Positions 19,191 through 29,614 of a stretch of 64,000 nucleotides of DNA are shown here, piece after piece. The stretch comes from Minisyncoccota bacterium (GTDB taxonomy: Bacteria; Patescibacteriota; Microgenomatia; UBA1400; UBA12028), in contig DNEP01000001.1 of NCBI GenBank assembly GCA_003487265.1, forward strand, positions 24,572 through 88,571. Reading direction: 5' to 3'. Positions within the stretch are counted from its first letter, which is position 1. Every line of letters starts with the position of its first letter. The notes beneath the pieces were generated by a model that was not told the origin of the DNA, did no database searches, and saw only the letters and a program-made list of their open reading frames with translations. Both the position numbers and the translations under genes were made by a program.

Positions 19191-19706
19191 TCATTTTCTC
19201 AAAGTCACGGTTGTCTGAAATACTTGCGTGGCGGGAACAGCAACCGAACGTTCTTGCTTAATTTGTAGTCCAAAAGAAATGCTCACCGAACTGTACGTTT
19301 CTCCAACCCCCGTTGAGCAAGAAAACGTGAGTGGATATGCATCGGGAACGAGCACAAACGCATCCGTAAAATAGGAAACCGAACTGCCGGAAGCGCTCGC
19401 GATTCTATCACTATCTGTTTGAAGCGTTGTTTTTCCAAAATCAGCATTAATCAACTCAAGATGATCTGATTCACACACAGAAATCCGCTGCGCGTTTCGC
19501 ACCATCGCCTCAAGGTGGGTGAGGGCAACGCTTCCCTGTTGTTTGAGATCGGTGCTAATCGAGATGTGCTCATCACTTCGAAGCGTTGTGAGAAACACGC
19601 CAACAATCGCAGATGAAATCAGCACAAAAACCGAAATCACGATGATCAGCTCGATGAGCGTAAAACCACGTTGACTTGATTTTGATTTGTGATTAATCTT
19701 CATCAA
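19191..19706 (-). CDS. Type IV minor pilin (PilW/PulJ-like)
   Basis: RGFTLIELIIV class III signal. Confidence 0.85.
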   Translation of the reverse strand: MMKINHKSKSSQRGFTLIELIIVISVFVLISSAIVGVFLTTLRSDEHISISTDLKQQGSVALTHLEAMVRNAQRISVCESDHLELINADFGKTTLQTDSDRIASASGSSVSYFTDAFVLVPDAYPLTFSCSTGVGETYSSVSISFGLQIKQERSVAVPATQVFQTTVTLRK

Positions 19707-20218
19707 TCAATCCTTTTTTTGTAGTTCATCTCTAAAGATGAGGATAGTTCGGCATCGGATCCATCATCTAACCGTGCTTGCGATACTGCGGTAACCTCAT
19801 CGGCTGTGATGGTAATCACGACCGTTCGCAAAAAAGAGGTTGTGGGAATAAAATCTGTACATCCGTCAACTGTCGTTAAAAAGGTTTCGGTATTCAAGGT
19901 TGTTCCGTCCACAACCGTTGGAAGCGCGGGGAGCGTGGGAACACACCACACGCTGTGTGAATCGGCGGTTGCGGTTTGAAGAGAGGCAACAAACTCCGCC
20001 CAACCTACTTTTTCCCGATACGCGTGCAACCACTCAAGCGGTTGTTTTGCATAGTACACGAGATGTTGATGTTGTTCGCTTGATCGTTGTGAGCGAACGA
20101 CAAGCGTAATCGTTGACATCACCGCCACCAGCGCAATTGATACAATGGCAAGCGCGACCAAAACCTCGATCAGTGATGACCCTCGTTGTTTTTTTGCTGA
20201 AATAAAAAAAGCGTTCAT
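19703..20218 (-). CDS. Type IV minor pilin (PilV-like)
   Basis: RGSSLIEVLVALAI class III signal. Confidence 0.85.
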   Translation of the reverse strand: MNAFFISAKKQRGSSLIEVLVALAIVSIALVAVMSTITLVVRSQRSSEQHQHLVYYAKQPLEWLHAYREKVGWAEFVASLQTATADSHSVWCVPTLPALPTVVDGTTLNTETFLTTVDGCTDFIPTTSFLRTVVITITADEVTAVSQARLDDGSDAELSSSLEMNYKKRID

Positions 20219-20220
20219 TG

Positions 20221-20733
20221 TTATGGGATCTCCACAAGGTTCGCATCCGAAATACTACCCGAATCATCAATGGTAATGGCGATATGTCGATCGGTTGCTC
20301 CGATTTTTCGCAAATGCAAGGTTGTTGTTTCCATCGAAGAAGCGCCGATCCCCCGCACAGGCGTCGCGAATCGAATGATTGCAGGTTCTTCAAATTCATA
20401 TCCCGCGGGAAACGGGATGTACGTAATTGAAGGGGTACTTGGATCACAGATCGCGTTAATCTGATATTGATAGGAATAGAGATCAAATAACACTTGATAT
20501 CCTGTTAATGGACTCGTCGAACAATCGGCCGGTTTTTCCCCACTCAGCGCGCTTTTTTGAACCTTTCGCAAGGTTGTCACCGCTTCTTTTCCCGCGTGTA
20601 ACAACGACTGCGTTTCATTGTATTGATTGAATCCCGCCACAGAAACTCCAAGAAATAACATCATAATTGCAACGGAGACAAGCAACTCGATCAAGGTAAA
20701 ACCATGATGAACAGAAACAGAGGCAGTGTGCAT
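20221..20733 (-). CDS. Type IV minor pilin (FimU/FimT-like)
   Basis: HGFTLIELLVSV signal; LRKVQKSALSG. Confidence 0.85.
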   Translation of the reverse strand: MHTASVSVHHGFTLIELLVSVAIMMLFLGVSVAGFNQYNETQSLLHAGKEAVTTLRKVQKSALSGEKPADCSTSPLTGYQVLFDLYSYQYQINAICDPSTPSITYIPFPAGYEFEEPAIIRFATPVRGIGASSMETTTLHLRKIGATDRHIAITIDDSGSISDANLVEIP

Positions 20734-20766
20734 AGAAAAAGTATACCGTATTTTGTGAGGAGAAGG

Positions 20767-21207
20767 TTAGGGGTTTTCAAAACAACACGAAAACGGCTTC
20801 GCCGTACCCGAACAAGTCATTCCATCCTGAGTTGATGTTTCAAAATTCGCACAGAGCGAGTACGATTTATTGTCTGCACTCGGTGTGTAACTGTACACGT
20901 ACGGTGCGTCGTTTTGCGGATCGTACATTGAGGGGACAGAGAGGTAACTCGCACCGTTTAAAGTTGTAATCATTCCATCCCAAGTTTCATCGCTGGGATA
21001 GGTCAACAGTGGAGGTTGAGAGCGATACATTTCCAGCGCTGTGCGCACTTGACTCAAATCGGCTTTACGCTTTCCGTCGCGGGCTTTTGCGGATGACGCG
21101 GTGTAACTCACAATACCAATCGTCGCCAACAACGCGAGAATTGTCGTTGCGACAAGAAGTTCTATCATGGTAAATCCAAAAGATGATTTATTTTGAAAAC
21201 GTAACAT
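20767..21207 (-). CDS. Type IV pilin (GspG-like)
   Basis: GFTMIELL, ARDGKRKADL, ALEMY, YP, DP, YSLCANFE. Confidence 0.88.
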   Translation of the reverse strand: MLRFQNKSSFGFTMIELLVATTILALLATIGIVSYTASSAKARDGKRKADLSQVRTALEMYRSQPPLLTYPSDETWDGMITTLNGASYLSVPSMYDPQNDAPYVYSYTPSADNKSYSLCANFETSTQDGMTCSGTAKPFSCCFENP

Positions 21208-21228
21208 ATCGCATGCTTTCTCGTATTG

Positions 21229-21642
21229 TTATTGCTGTTCCTTCACACAAAAATATGGACTTCCCGCATCCGAACTAAAGGTACACGTCGTATTTTCACT
21301 GTTTCCTTTAAGATTCTCCAACGGAGCGCAAATACAGTAGGTGGATGTACTACAGTTATTCGTGTAGTATATCCACTCCGATTGATTTTTTGGATCAACG
21401 GGAACTCCTGCGGGGAGATAATCGGTTGTGGGGACACAGTCTGCGGGATAGTTTCCGGCATTCGCCTTTTGCTGTTCAAGTGCAGATTGCCACGCTCGCA
21501 TATCGGCTTTTCGTTTTCCGTCGCGGGCGGTTTTTTGACCGTTGGTGTAGCTCACCGCACTAACGCTGAGCAAAATTCCAATGATTGAAATCACAACGAG
21601 TAACTCAAGCAAGGTAAATCCGAACGACTTGATGTGTTTCAT
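21229..21642 (-). CDS. Type IV pilin (GspG-like)
   Basis: GFTLLELL, ARDGKRKADM, PVDP, YCICAPLE; start reassigned to ATG 21642. Confidence 0.88.
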   Translation of the reverse strand: MKHIKSFGFTLLELLVVISIIGILLSVSAVSYTNGQKTARDGKRKADMRAWQSALEQQKANAGNYPADCVPTTDYLPAGVPVDPKNQSEWIYYTNNCSTSTYCICAPLENLKGNSENTTCTFSSDAGSPYFCVKEQQ

Positions 21643-21724
21643 AGTACTAGTATGGGTATCGGGCAAGAGCCTGTCAAGCGAGAAATCGATATTCGGTGTT
21701 GTCGAACCAGCGTTTGCCATATGA

Positions 21725-24700
21725 TTACGGTGCGATCTCGAACCAATCGTACGTTGATTTTTTCAAGGAATCAGGAGCGTTCAACACCAGATCGGGTCGG
21801 ACAAAAAACACTTCCGCGGGAGAGTCGTTGTTTCCAATTCCACTCAAGTTTCGCTCAAGATTAAATCCTTGCCATCCCACAAAAGTTCCCGCACCAATGA
21901 ACTGCGTGTCACCCGAGCCGTCGGTATTGGTACCTGTTGAGATTGTTCCATCGGCAACATACACCCCTTGAACCATTGCCTCTGCAAGCGCGGTTTCTGC
22001 GTATGCTTCCATTTCAAGTTCGTCGGCACTCAACGGCTCCGCAAGTCCCAATGATGCATCAATGGAGATATCTCCACTCGCAACAATCATTAAGAAACCA
22101 CCCAGCTCTACCGTGATTTGGTTTTCGATCACAACATCTCCATCGACAACAAGAATGGCACGCATGGATGATGGAATGGTGAGATCTCCGTTTACGACAA
22201 TTGTATCTGAAGCGAAAAACGCATCCGCGTCTGCGTTGGCGTACGGTTGGGTAAACAAAGATGTATCCGAAAGTTCATGCGGAAGCGCTTGGTTTGTGAA
22301 ATCGTCTACGGGAACTGCGGGAAGATTGAGCATCTGTTTGAGATACGCATATCCCGTTTTTTCTGCACTTGTGGATAGGGTCGCATATTTTTCTGCATCT
22401 TTTTCATCTTCAGCACGAATCGAACCGTTCCCCAACGAAATATCGGAAAGCATCTCGCCGATTAGCGGGAATCCCGAGGTGTTGTCCCGTCCATACGTGG
22501 GATTTGGATTTCCATGGGCGTATTTTTGCATAAGCGTATACGAAGTGGGTGTGCGTAGGGGAATTGCTTGACCAATCGATCCATTTCCTCCTCGTGAGGG
22601 AAGCGCGCCCACCATCACGCTCCCACCAAAAACTTGAAACCACGCATCGGAAACACTCAAAACCGTATAATCTTGCGTGATTACATCGTCTGAAACAACC
22701 GAAATCGTTGGAGTCGTTTGAGGACAGACGAGTCCGTAGCCGGGCAAACCAAATATCGTGCCGTTTGTGATGCTAGGGCGGTATGTGGTGGCTTGATCTA
22801 ATCCTAAGGTTGGTACTTGCACACTATATCCCCCAAGCACATCTGCGGAATCGTTATATGATCCAAAATCTGTTGAAGAATATGAAATAGACGGGAGCGG
22901 ATCGGTAATTGGAGTACCCGGTGTACAGGTTGATGATTCGGTAATGGTTCCCTGAATTGTTGCGACACAAGAATCATTTTCTATTTGTGGGTGCTCGGTT
23001 GAACAAAAATGCGTTCCCGTACGCGTCCCTCCATCACAGACATCCGGCTCCCAATCGATGGTATCGGAACAGTACACAGCGTTGTCGTTTTCGGAACACG
23101 ACACATACCCCACACTCTCACAATCAACTGTTCCTCCATAGGCTTCATATGAACAAAACGGATTCCCCGAACACAACGGCTGGGGATCGGCTTCGTCGGT
23201 GTGAACCGAACAATGAAAATAATAATCTTCAGAAGAAACGATAAGATCATCTATTGAAGCGGTGCACGATTCTCCTGCGGATGCAGAACATTCATCAAGC
23301 TTGTAGACCGTTTCTCCAAATGCGTTCACTTTAAGAATGGTGTTCGTTTCGGATGTTGGAGGCGCGAGAAGATCGTCTCCATCTCGTTGCTCAGCAAAAA
23401 TTCGCACTATTGCGTTATTCAGCGACCCCCCTGTTCCCGTTGCCGAAACGGAAACCAATTCGTTTTGATCGGTCCCCGATAAAGTCGAAACCGTAATTGA
23501 ACAAGTGGAGTTGTCAACTACGGGCGGAGGAGTCGTGGACTGTTGACACGGTTGATACTGTGAAGAAGGAATAATCGTCCATTCTGCAGGCCACGCATCG
23601 GTTGGATTTGCCCGATATCGAGAAAGCACCGTAAGATTTCCCTGGTAAGTTATTGATGCGTCACCAATCACATGCATTCCTTGGACAGGATAGGGGACTC
23701 CTCCGTGAATATGAAAGTGTTGATCGTCGAACATTGCCAGTTCCGTTTGTGGATCCTCTCCACCCAAAGAAAGTTTGTACACCCCAGAAATTCCCATTAA
23801 TGCATCGGGGTCTGCGGGCCACGGGTTGTACCAATCTCCCGCACCATACGCACCAAATGCAAAAGCCGCTTGCAAGTTCCCATCGCTCCCTGGTCCCGCG
23901 GGTTCACGCTGAATCTTGAATTGATAATACCCATCAACTGGTGGAACAAAATACCCAATGTATGATGTGAGCGTCCACCCTCGGCACTCATCCATCGCAA
24001 AATACGGAATAGTGCTTGAAATGGGTTGAAACGGAGCGCCTGCCGCCCATCTTGTGTCAACATACGCAGAATCAGGAAGATATTCGTACGCAAACCGCAT
24101 CCATCCCGATGCGCTACTCAAGCTTCGATACACGCGCAGACCCGAGGTTGGTTCACCCGTAGGAACCGATCCATCTGCATTACACGCTGATGCGATTGGA
24201 CCAGAAGTTGAACACGATGAGGGTGGGGGTGGCGTTTCTCCACCTTCACCGCCACCTGGGAGCGTTGAACCGGGGCAACACCCGAGGAGTTGCCAGCGTT
24301 CAAAAGGTTCACCTGGAACATAGCTTTGTTCATCCCGCAACACATCGCAGTCTGAATATCCGTGAACGGTGCAGTCGCCAACACAACTGCCATCGTACCC
24401 TGCATTGAATAGATTATCGGACTCTGGCACACATGGGCAGGTAGTTTCACCCTTAAGAATCGGATCGTAACAAAGATCATCCGCTTGAGAACACCACCCT
24501 TTGCATTGACCAATATTCCACATACGAGTGGCAGAGGAATAATACTCACCCGATCCGCGCAACGTGCAGTAATTTGTCCCATCTAAGGTGTACGCATTGC
24601 ACGTCGAACTCTGAGAAATCGTCGTTTCTGCACATGCTTGTCCTCCTTCAGCGACCCGACAAGAAGAGACCACGGAAATTCCAGTCGTCGCATCTTGAGG

Positions 24701-24793
24701 ACAGGTGAGTCCATCACCACAGTACTGATCCGCACGAACCATCCCAACAGAACCAAAGCTCAAAAAACAAAAAAGGACAAGAATTTTTTTCAT
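21725..24793 (-). CDS. Large secreted Cys-rich pilus-associated protein (adhesin candidate)
   Basis: Sec signal peptide (VRA), Cys-rich regions, PA14-like GYFVPPVDGYYQF segment, beta-rich C-terminus; inside pilus locus. Confidence 0.7.
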   Translation of the reverse strand: MKKILVLFCFLSFGSVGMVRADQYCGDGLTCPQDATTGISVVSSCRVAEGGQACAETTISQSSTCNAYTLDGTNYCTLRGSGEYYSSATRMWNIGQCKGWCSQADDLCYDPILKGETTCPCVPESDNLFNAGYDGSCVGDCTVHGYSDCDVLRDEQSYVPGEPFERWQLLGCCPGSTLPGGGEGGETPPPPSSCSTSGPIASACNADGSVPTGEPTSGLRVYRSLSSASGWMRFAYEYLPDSAYVDTRWAAGAPFQPISSTIPYFAMDECRGWTLTSYIGYFVPPVDGYYQFKIQREPAGPGSDGNLQAAFAFGAYGAGDWYNPWPADPDALMGISGVYKLSLGGEDPQTELAMFDDQHFHIHGGVPYPVQGMHVIGDASITYQGNLTVLSRYRANPTDAWPAEWTIIPSSQYQPCQQSTTPPPVVDNSTCSITVSTLSGTDQNELVSVSATGTGGSLNNAIVRIFAEQRDGDDLLAPPTSETNTILKVNAFGETVYKLDECSASAGESCTASIDDLIVSSEDYYFHCSVHTDEADPQPLCSGNPFCSYEAYGGTVDCESVGYVSCSENDNAVYCSDTIDWEPDVCDGGTRTGTHFCSTEHPQIENDSCVATIQGTITESSTCTPGTPITDPLPSISYSSTDFGSYNDSADVLGGYSVQVPTLGLDQATTYRPSITNGTIFGLPGYGLVCPQTTPTISVVSDDVITQDYTVLSVSDAWFQVFGGSVMVGALPSRGGNGSIGQAIPLRTPTSYTLMQKYAHGNPNPTYGRDNTSGFPLIGEMLSDISLGNGSIRAEDEKDAEKYATLSTSAEKTGYAYLKQMLNLPAVPVDDFTNQALPHELSDTSLFTQPYANADADAFFASDTIVVNGDLTIPSSMRAILVVDGDVVIENQITVELGGFLMIVASGDISIDASLGLAEPLSADELEMEAYAETALAEAMVQGVYVADGTISTGTNTDGSGDTQFIGAGTFVGWQGFNLERNLSGIGNNDSPAEVFFVRPDLVLNAPDSLKKSTYDWFEIAP

Positions 24794-24841
24794 GCACTCT
24801 CATTATGCAATGAGATGGAGTGAAGCACAATATTTCATTCG

Positions 24842-25408
24842 TTATCGTGATAGACGAATGGATAGTGCGGGAATAATCCGAGAAACTCCCTGCCTATACT
24901 GAACCCAATCGTTCGAAGAAGAAAACGTGGACGCGTACTGCAATAGATTGCAAAGACGCGTTCCATGTTGACATTCAAGTAAAATGTCTTTTTGCTGCAG
25001 TGACTGTACCGATCCAATATAGTCCACTTGAATTTGATCACCCTTTTTAAGAAACCGTTTGTATTCTTCCAACGTTTTTGGACGAACAAATGCATCTGAT
25101 TTCGAAACCAACGGAAGTGGATCAATCGAAAGAAGATCAAATGTACCAGATAACAACACACGCTCGGATCGTTTCTTGCCAAATTGATCCACATATCCAA
25201 CCTGCACACTCAACACGCCATTTTCTTCGAGAACATCCTCAACTTTTGCTTGAAATGGAGAAACTTGAACCGTTCCCCCAAAAAGTGTGTAAGTCTGATC
25301 AACTGGGGGAGACTGAGGATTGTTTTTGCGGAACAAAAAAAAGACAGCAACGACAGCTCCCAAAATGAGAACAGCTAAAAGAACGCGGAGGGATGTTAAT
25401 TTCTTCAT
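24842..25408 (-). CDS. Membrane-anchored hypothetical protein
   Basis: Single N-terminal TM helix followed by a soluble domain. Confidence 0.7.
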   Translation of the reverse strand: MKKLTSLRVLLAVLILGAVVAVFFLFRKNNPQSPPVDQTYTLFGGTVQVSPFQAKVEDVLEENGVLSVQVGYVDQFGKKRSERVLLSGTFDLLSIDPLPLVSKSDAFVRPKTLEEYKRFLKKGDQIQVDYIGSVQSLQQKDILLECQHGTRLCNLLQYASTFSSSNDWVQYRQGVSRIIPALSIRLSR

Positions 25409-25447
25409 TCAACTATAATATCACACAACTCATATCATTAAGTTCAG

Positions 25448-28120
25448 TTATGGTGCATTTGGCTCGATAAGAGTTGTAGATCCAATTAGCGCAACATCCT
25501 TTGATACTTGGATTGTGGGATACGCTCCAGAGTTAATGAACGCGAGAAATTGATTGTGAAACTCAGTATCTTGCACTTCTTGATATACACTCGTGACATA
25601 ATCTCTCGGAACTGTTGAAAAATGAACAAGCATGCTACCAATTAGATCTCCTGCTTTGAATAGACGTATATATTCTTCAACTACTTTCACGGTTGTTTGA
25701 TGATCTTTGTACTCTCCCGTTTCTGTCTGAATATCTTCAAGAAATAACATTGAACCACCTGTTGCACTCATCGTCAAGTCTGGCATTAATCCATCAATCC
25801 AATACGCGTATAGTTGTTTACCATATTGTGTGACCATCAACCTCTCAAGAACGCGAACCGTCTGTTCTTTATCTTCAAGATTCTGAAATGTTTTCTCAAC
25901 CACTCGCCATTGACCCGTAAATACCCCCATAAACTCATCAGTAGTCAGTGTAAAAAGATCTGGTGCTCTTCCATACGTTCTCACCTTGTGATATTTCAGC
26001 ATCGTCTTGTTTGGCGTCGACTCATTCCCAGGGAACCATCCAGTCTTCCACAGTTCCTCCACACTCGGCACGGCGTGGCGCCACATGGTTTGGATATCAT
26101 CCTTGTCAAACCAATCCAACTTACGCCATTCACTCGTTTCGGGATCAAGAATCGCCATGTGCATATCGTTCATGGTGTTGGTGAGCACCGTCGCCCGCGT
26201 AAGTTGACCATTTAAGGACACATCGGCTTCATGCACAAGATAAGTCTGCGTGAGATCAAGATTGAACTCAATCGCGAATTGATACGCTTCGGCGGTCCAC
26301 CACCCATTTTGCATCAACACGTACTCAATCTCGCCACCTTTTTTTTCAAGCGCAACGCGCCCGTCGCTTGTTTGGACAGGCGAATAGTCTTCGAGTTTAA
26401 TCTTCACGTCGCGCGAAAACAACGCGCCATCTTCAGATAACGTTCCTTTCGCATCGCTCATCCACGATGGATTTTCAATTGAAGATGCTCGCAAATTCAA
26501 ACTAAATCGCGCTTCACCAGCACCAACAAACTCCAACCAAGGAATGTCTTGATACTCGATCTTTGAACCCATTTCTTTCGCCTGCTCAAGCGGAATCTGA
26601 ATACCCCAACCCTCACCCGTCTTCGGATCGACATACTCAACATACGCGCGCCCAGAAGAACCAACAGGAGCGGGACCTTCAACGCGATTTTCAACAAGAA
26701 CAGCACCCAAACTTTCGAGTTGCAGTCGCCATTCAGATCCAATATTCAACAGTTTCCACTCCACAAACACCCCGTTCTGTGTCCCCACGAACTGTTCTTT
26801 TCCATCTGGGGTCACCGCGAGAAACTGGCTTCCTTTTTTGGCAATATACACTTCTTTTTCTTCCTGCGAGTCCGAAAGCGAAATGATGTGTGATTGTGGT
26901 CGGGTAAGTTGAATTCCACTCCCAATCAAAGTCTCCATCCCATAATACGTGATAACCCACGTGTTAATGCCATCCATTTCCTTCAACACGGCAAGAGGGG
27001 AATCTTGATCGGAATCTTCAAAATGGATTTCTGTGTCGTTCTCAGTAAAAACATACTGCGCAACTGAAGAGAATCCTAAATCATTCGCCAATGATTTCGC
27101 CGTTTCTGCAAACGTTTGCGGAACTTCCGTAGGCGCTGGCTGTGGCAGAGCCTCGACCGTCACTTCGGGAGTGGTAATTGGTTGAAGTGCTCCCGCTACG
27201 GCATCAATGGGGAGAAAGAGAGAAAGAAGTGAAAAACCTGTTGCAGAAGTCATCTTCGCCATAAGCTCAGTATATTGTTGATTGGAAACTTTCTTTGGAG
27301 CTCCAAACAGTACGCTTTCAACTTCACCTGTAAATACACCATTTTCATCGACAGGATAATAGAAAAATTCTGCAACGATGGCATATCCATCCTTTTCTGG
27401 AGTGATATAGATTGCAAAATGCGTATTTGGTTTTGTGACTTCCTTGCCACTTACAATAACAGTTTTTTCAGTTGAAAATAAAAATATATCCGTTTCCCCC
27501 TCATGCGTTTTTCTAATCTGATCCACAACTGCGGTTTGCGTCGGAACGGCAGTGGGTGCTGTCGTTGGTGTGGATGGAGTATTCGAAGAAGATTCCTCAG
27601 TTGTTACGTCTTTTAAATCCTCAAGGAATAACTCAGAAAACTCTGGTGTTTGAGTTGGGAGAGGAGGTGGGAACAATGTCACCTCTTGTTCATTTCGATA
27701 TGTCAAACTCGCGGGAATATATACAGCCGATTCACCATCATATAAAAGTGGATAGACAATTGTGGCATTATCCGTAGCAATAACAATGATTTGTAGTTGA
27801 TATCTAGAAAAATCGAGAGTTTTATGCTCTCGTTTAAACTCTTCGTAGTAAGAAGCAACGCGAGTCGCAACATCTTTGGCAACAACGTTCCAAGACACGA
27901 TCGAGTTTGGAAATTCAACAGACAATAACTGTTGTTCAATTTCCTCCGCATCTGAAGTCGCAGGAAAAATAAACTCTTCTTTTTGTGTTTGATCTTGAGA
28001 TTGTGTTTCGATTTGCGCTTCCTGAGTTGAAAGCGCCTGAGATGCACCCGAACACGCTTCGAGTGCGACTGCTCCAGCTGTGAAAGCAATCCCCACTCTA
28101 TACAGGTTTCTCTCGCTCAT
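25448..28120 (-). CDS. Large putative lipoprotein
   Basis: Signal ending in lipobox-like LEAC; Pro/Thr-rich linkers; acidic, 890 aa. Confidence 0.7.
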   Translation of the reverse strand: MSERNLYRVGIAFTAGAVALEACSGASQALSTQEAQIETQSQDQTQKEEFIFPATSDAEEIEQQLLSVEFPNSIVSWNVVAKDVATRVASYYEEFKREHKTLDFSRYQLQIIVIATDNATIVYPLLYDGESAVYIPASLTYRNEQEVTLFPPPLPTQTPEFSELFLEDLKDVTTEESSSNTPSTPTTAPTAVPTQTAVVDQIRKTHEGETDIFLFSTEKTVIVSGKEVTKPNTHFAIYITPEKDGYAIVAEFFYYPVDENGVFTGEVESVLFGAPKKVSNQQYTELMAKMTSATGFSLLSLFLPIDAVAGALQPITTPEVTVEALPQPAPTEVPQTFAETAKSLANDLGFSSVAQYVFTENDTEIHFEDSDQDSPLAVLKEMDGINTWVITYYGMETLIGSGIQLTRPQSHIISLSDSQEEKEVYIAKKGSQFLAVTPDGKEQFVGTQNGVFVEWKLLNIGSEWRLQLESLGAVLVENRVEGPAPVGSSGRAYVEYVDPKTGEGWGIQIPLEQAKEMGSKIEYQDIPWLEFVGAGEARFSLNLRASSIENPSWMSDAKGTLSEDGALFSRDVKIKLEDYSPVQTSDGRVALEKKGGEIEYVLMQNGWWTAEAYQFAIEFNLDLTQTYLVHEADVSLNGQLTRATVLTNTMNDMHMAILDPETSEWRKLDWFDKDDIQTMWRHAVPSVEELWKTGWFPGNESTPNKTMLKYHKVRTYGRAPDLFTLTTDEFMGVFTGQWRVVEKTFQNLEDKEQTVRVLERLMVTQYGKQLYAYWIDGLMPDLTMSATGGSMLFLEDIQTETGEYKDHQTTVKVVEEYIRLFKAGDLIGSMLVHFSTVPRDYVTSVYQEVQDTEFHNQFLAFINSGAYPTIQVSKDVALIGSTTLIEPNAP

Positions 28121-28132
28121 ACGTGTATTGTA

Positions 28133-28933
28133 TCACAAAAGACCAAAATACCACGAAAGAAGCGGTTCACCCCAAATCAAAGAGAGAACTGACCCAAGAA
28201 TCAAAAACGGGGCAAACGGTACAACCTGCCCAAACTTCTTTTTTCGCGCAACGAGCAGGGCAACCGCCACCACCGCCCCAATAATAAATGCGAGATACAC
28301 CGCCAAAATCGTCTGCGGAAACCCCAAAATCAAACCCAATGGAAACATAAACTTCACATCTCCAAGTCCCATCCCGCGCCCCTTCGTTATACGAACCAGC
28401 GCATAAAAAAGGAGAGAAAATCCGAACGCGGATGCAATCGCCATCCAATAGTCATATGGTTGGAAAATCCCCGCGATAAGGAGGGCGGAACGGTACATCA
28501 GCGCCAACACAGAAAGCACCACTACCAGCACATCAGGAATGACATATTTAAACAAATCGATGAAAAAAACCAAAATAAAAATAATCCCCACGACCAACCA
28601 AAAGGCCGGCTGAAGATAGGTAAACGGCGCGCGGGCGAGCTGGAAAAAGGTAAACCCAATCAAGTACCACCACACAAACATCACACCAGTAATCGCTTCG
28701 ATCAGCGGATAACTCGCATCGATGCGCTTGTGGCAGGTGCGACACCGCCCCCGAAGCGCCAAAAACGACAACAACGGAATGTTTTCATACCAAGCAAGTT
28801 GACGCTTACAATGATCGCAGTAGGACCGCCCATACACGAACGATTCTCCTCGAGTCATGCGATAGATCACCACATTCAGAAACGACCCAATTGCCGAACC
28901 AAACGCAAACAAAAACAGCATCATCACAATCAT
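28133..28933 (-). CDS. pilD: Prepilin peptidase PilD
   Basis: GSFLNVVIYR, RSYCDHC, CRTC, GMGLGDVK, VPFAPFL. Confidence 0.95.
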   Translation of the reverse strand: MIVMMLFLFAFGSAIGSFLNVVIYRMTRGESFVYGRSYCDHCKRQLAWYENIPLLSFLALRGRCRTCHKRIDASYPLIEAITGVMFVWWYLIGFTFFQLARAPFTYLQPAFWLVVGIIFILVFFIDLFKYVIPDVLVVVLSVLALMYRSALLIAGIFQPYDYWMAIASAFGFSLLFYALVRITKGRGMGLGDVKFMFPLGLILGFPQTILAVYLAFIIGAVVAVALLVARKKKFGQVVPFAPFLILGSVLSLIWGEPLLSWYFGLL

Positions 28934-29613
28934 AGAAAGATGTTAATCCCAAACACGATTTCGATAATCTGGCCGATCCAATAGGAAAGGAAGAGGAGTA
29001 AGAACCCAACCACCGCCCAGGTGATGCGGTTTTTTCCCGCTTCTTGCGCCTTTTGGTCCGTCGCCCCGAGGAGCATCTCGAAACCTCCCCAGACGATCAT
29101 TACGAACAGGGTAAATCCCGCAAATGCAAACAGGAATGGAAACGAGTAGGCGATGATTTGACCAAGCGTGAGGGTAGAGGGATCCACTCCAACATTTTGC
29201 GAACCAATTTTGTTGAGCTGGATCGCGTTGTTGATTGTGTCTCGCATTTTCGCGGGGTTGAGGGGGAGAGGGGGTGGGTTTGCTCCAGTGGGAATTAATG
29301 CTGGAGTCAACACGCAATCTTCAAAACAAATTTGACCATCAAAACTTGGTGCGCAACACGCAACTTCATCGGGTTCATAATCTGCATGACATGTCGTCAA
29401 TTGGGGTGACACGCATAATCCACACTCAATCGCACAAGAAACGATCTTATCATTTGAAACAGATGAAGAATATGAATATAGTTCTCCAAAATCAGTCTTT
29501 TGATAACACTCTGTCCCTTCTTTACAAGAATATACAGGTGCAGCCTGCGCAACGCCTCCCCACACAAAAACACTTGTGAAAAACAAAGTGAGAAAAAGAA
29601 AGGTTTTTTTCAT
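28930..29613 (-). CDS. Secreted Cys-rich protein with C-terminal VirB2/TrbC-like (T4SS pilin) hairpin
   Basis: Signal peptide (AQA), Cys-rich middle, MIVWGGF...AGKNRITWAVVG two-TM motif. Confidence 0.75.
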   Translation of the reverse strand: MKKTFLFLTLFFTSVFVWGGVAQAAPVYSCKEGTECYQKTDFGELYSYSSSVSNDKIVSCAIECGLCVSPQLTTCHADYEPDEVACCAPSFDGQICFEDCVLTPALIPTGANPPPLPLNPAKMRDTINNAIQLNKIGSQNVGVDPSTLTLGQIIAYSFPFLFAFAGFTLFVMIVWGGFEMLLGATDQKAQEAGKNRITWAVVGFLLLFLSYWIGQIIEIVFGINIFL

Positions 29614-29614
29614 C

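Noticed and set aside
28460-28984. Antisense and shadow ORFs over well-supported genes (example over pilD; many others in the track)
   Set aside because: They lie within confidently assigned genes and show no motifs; expected frame artefacts.
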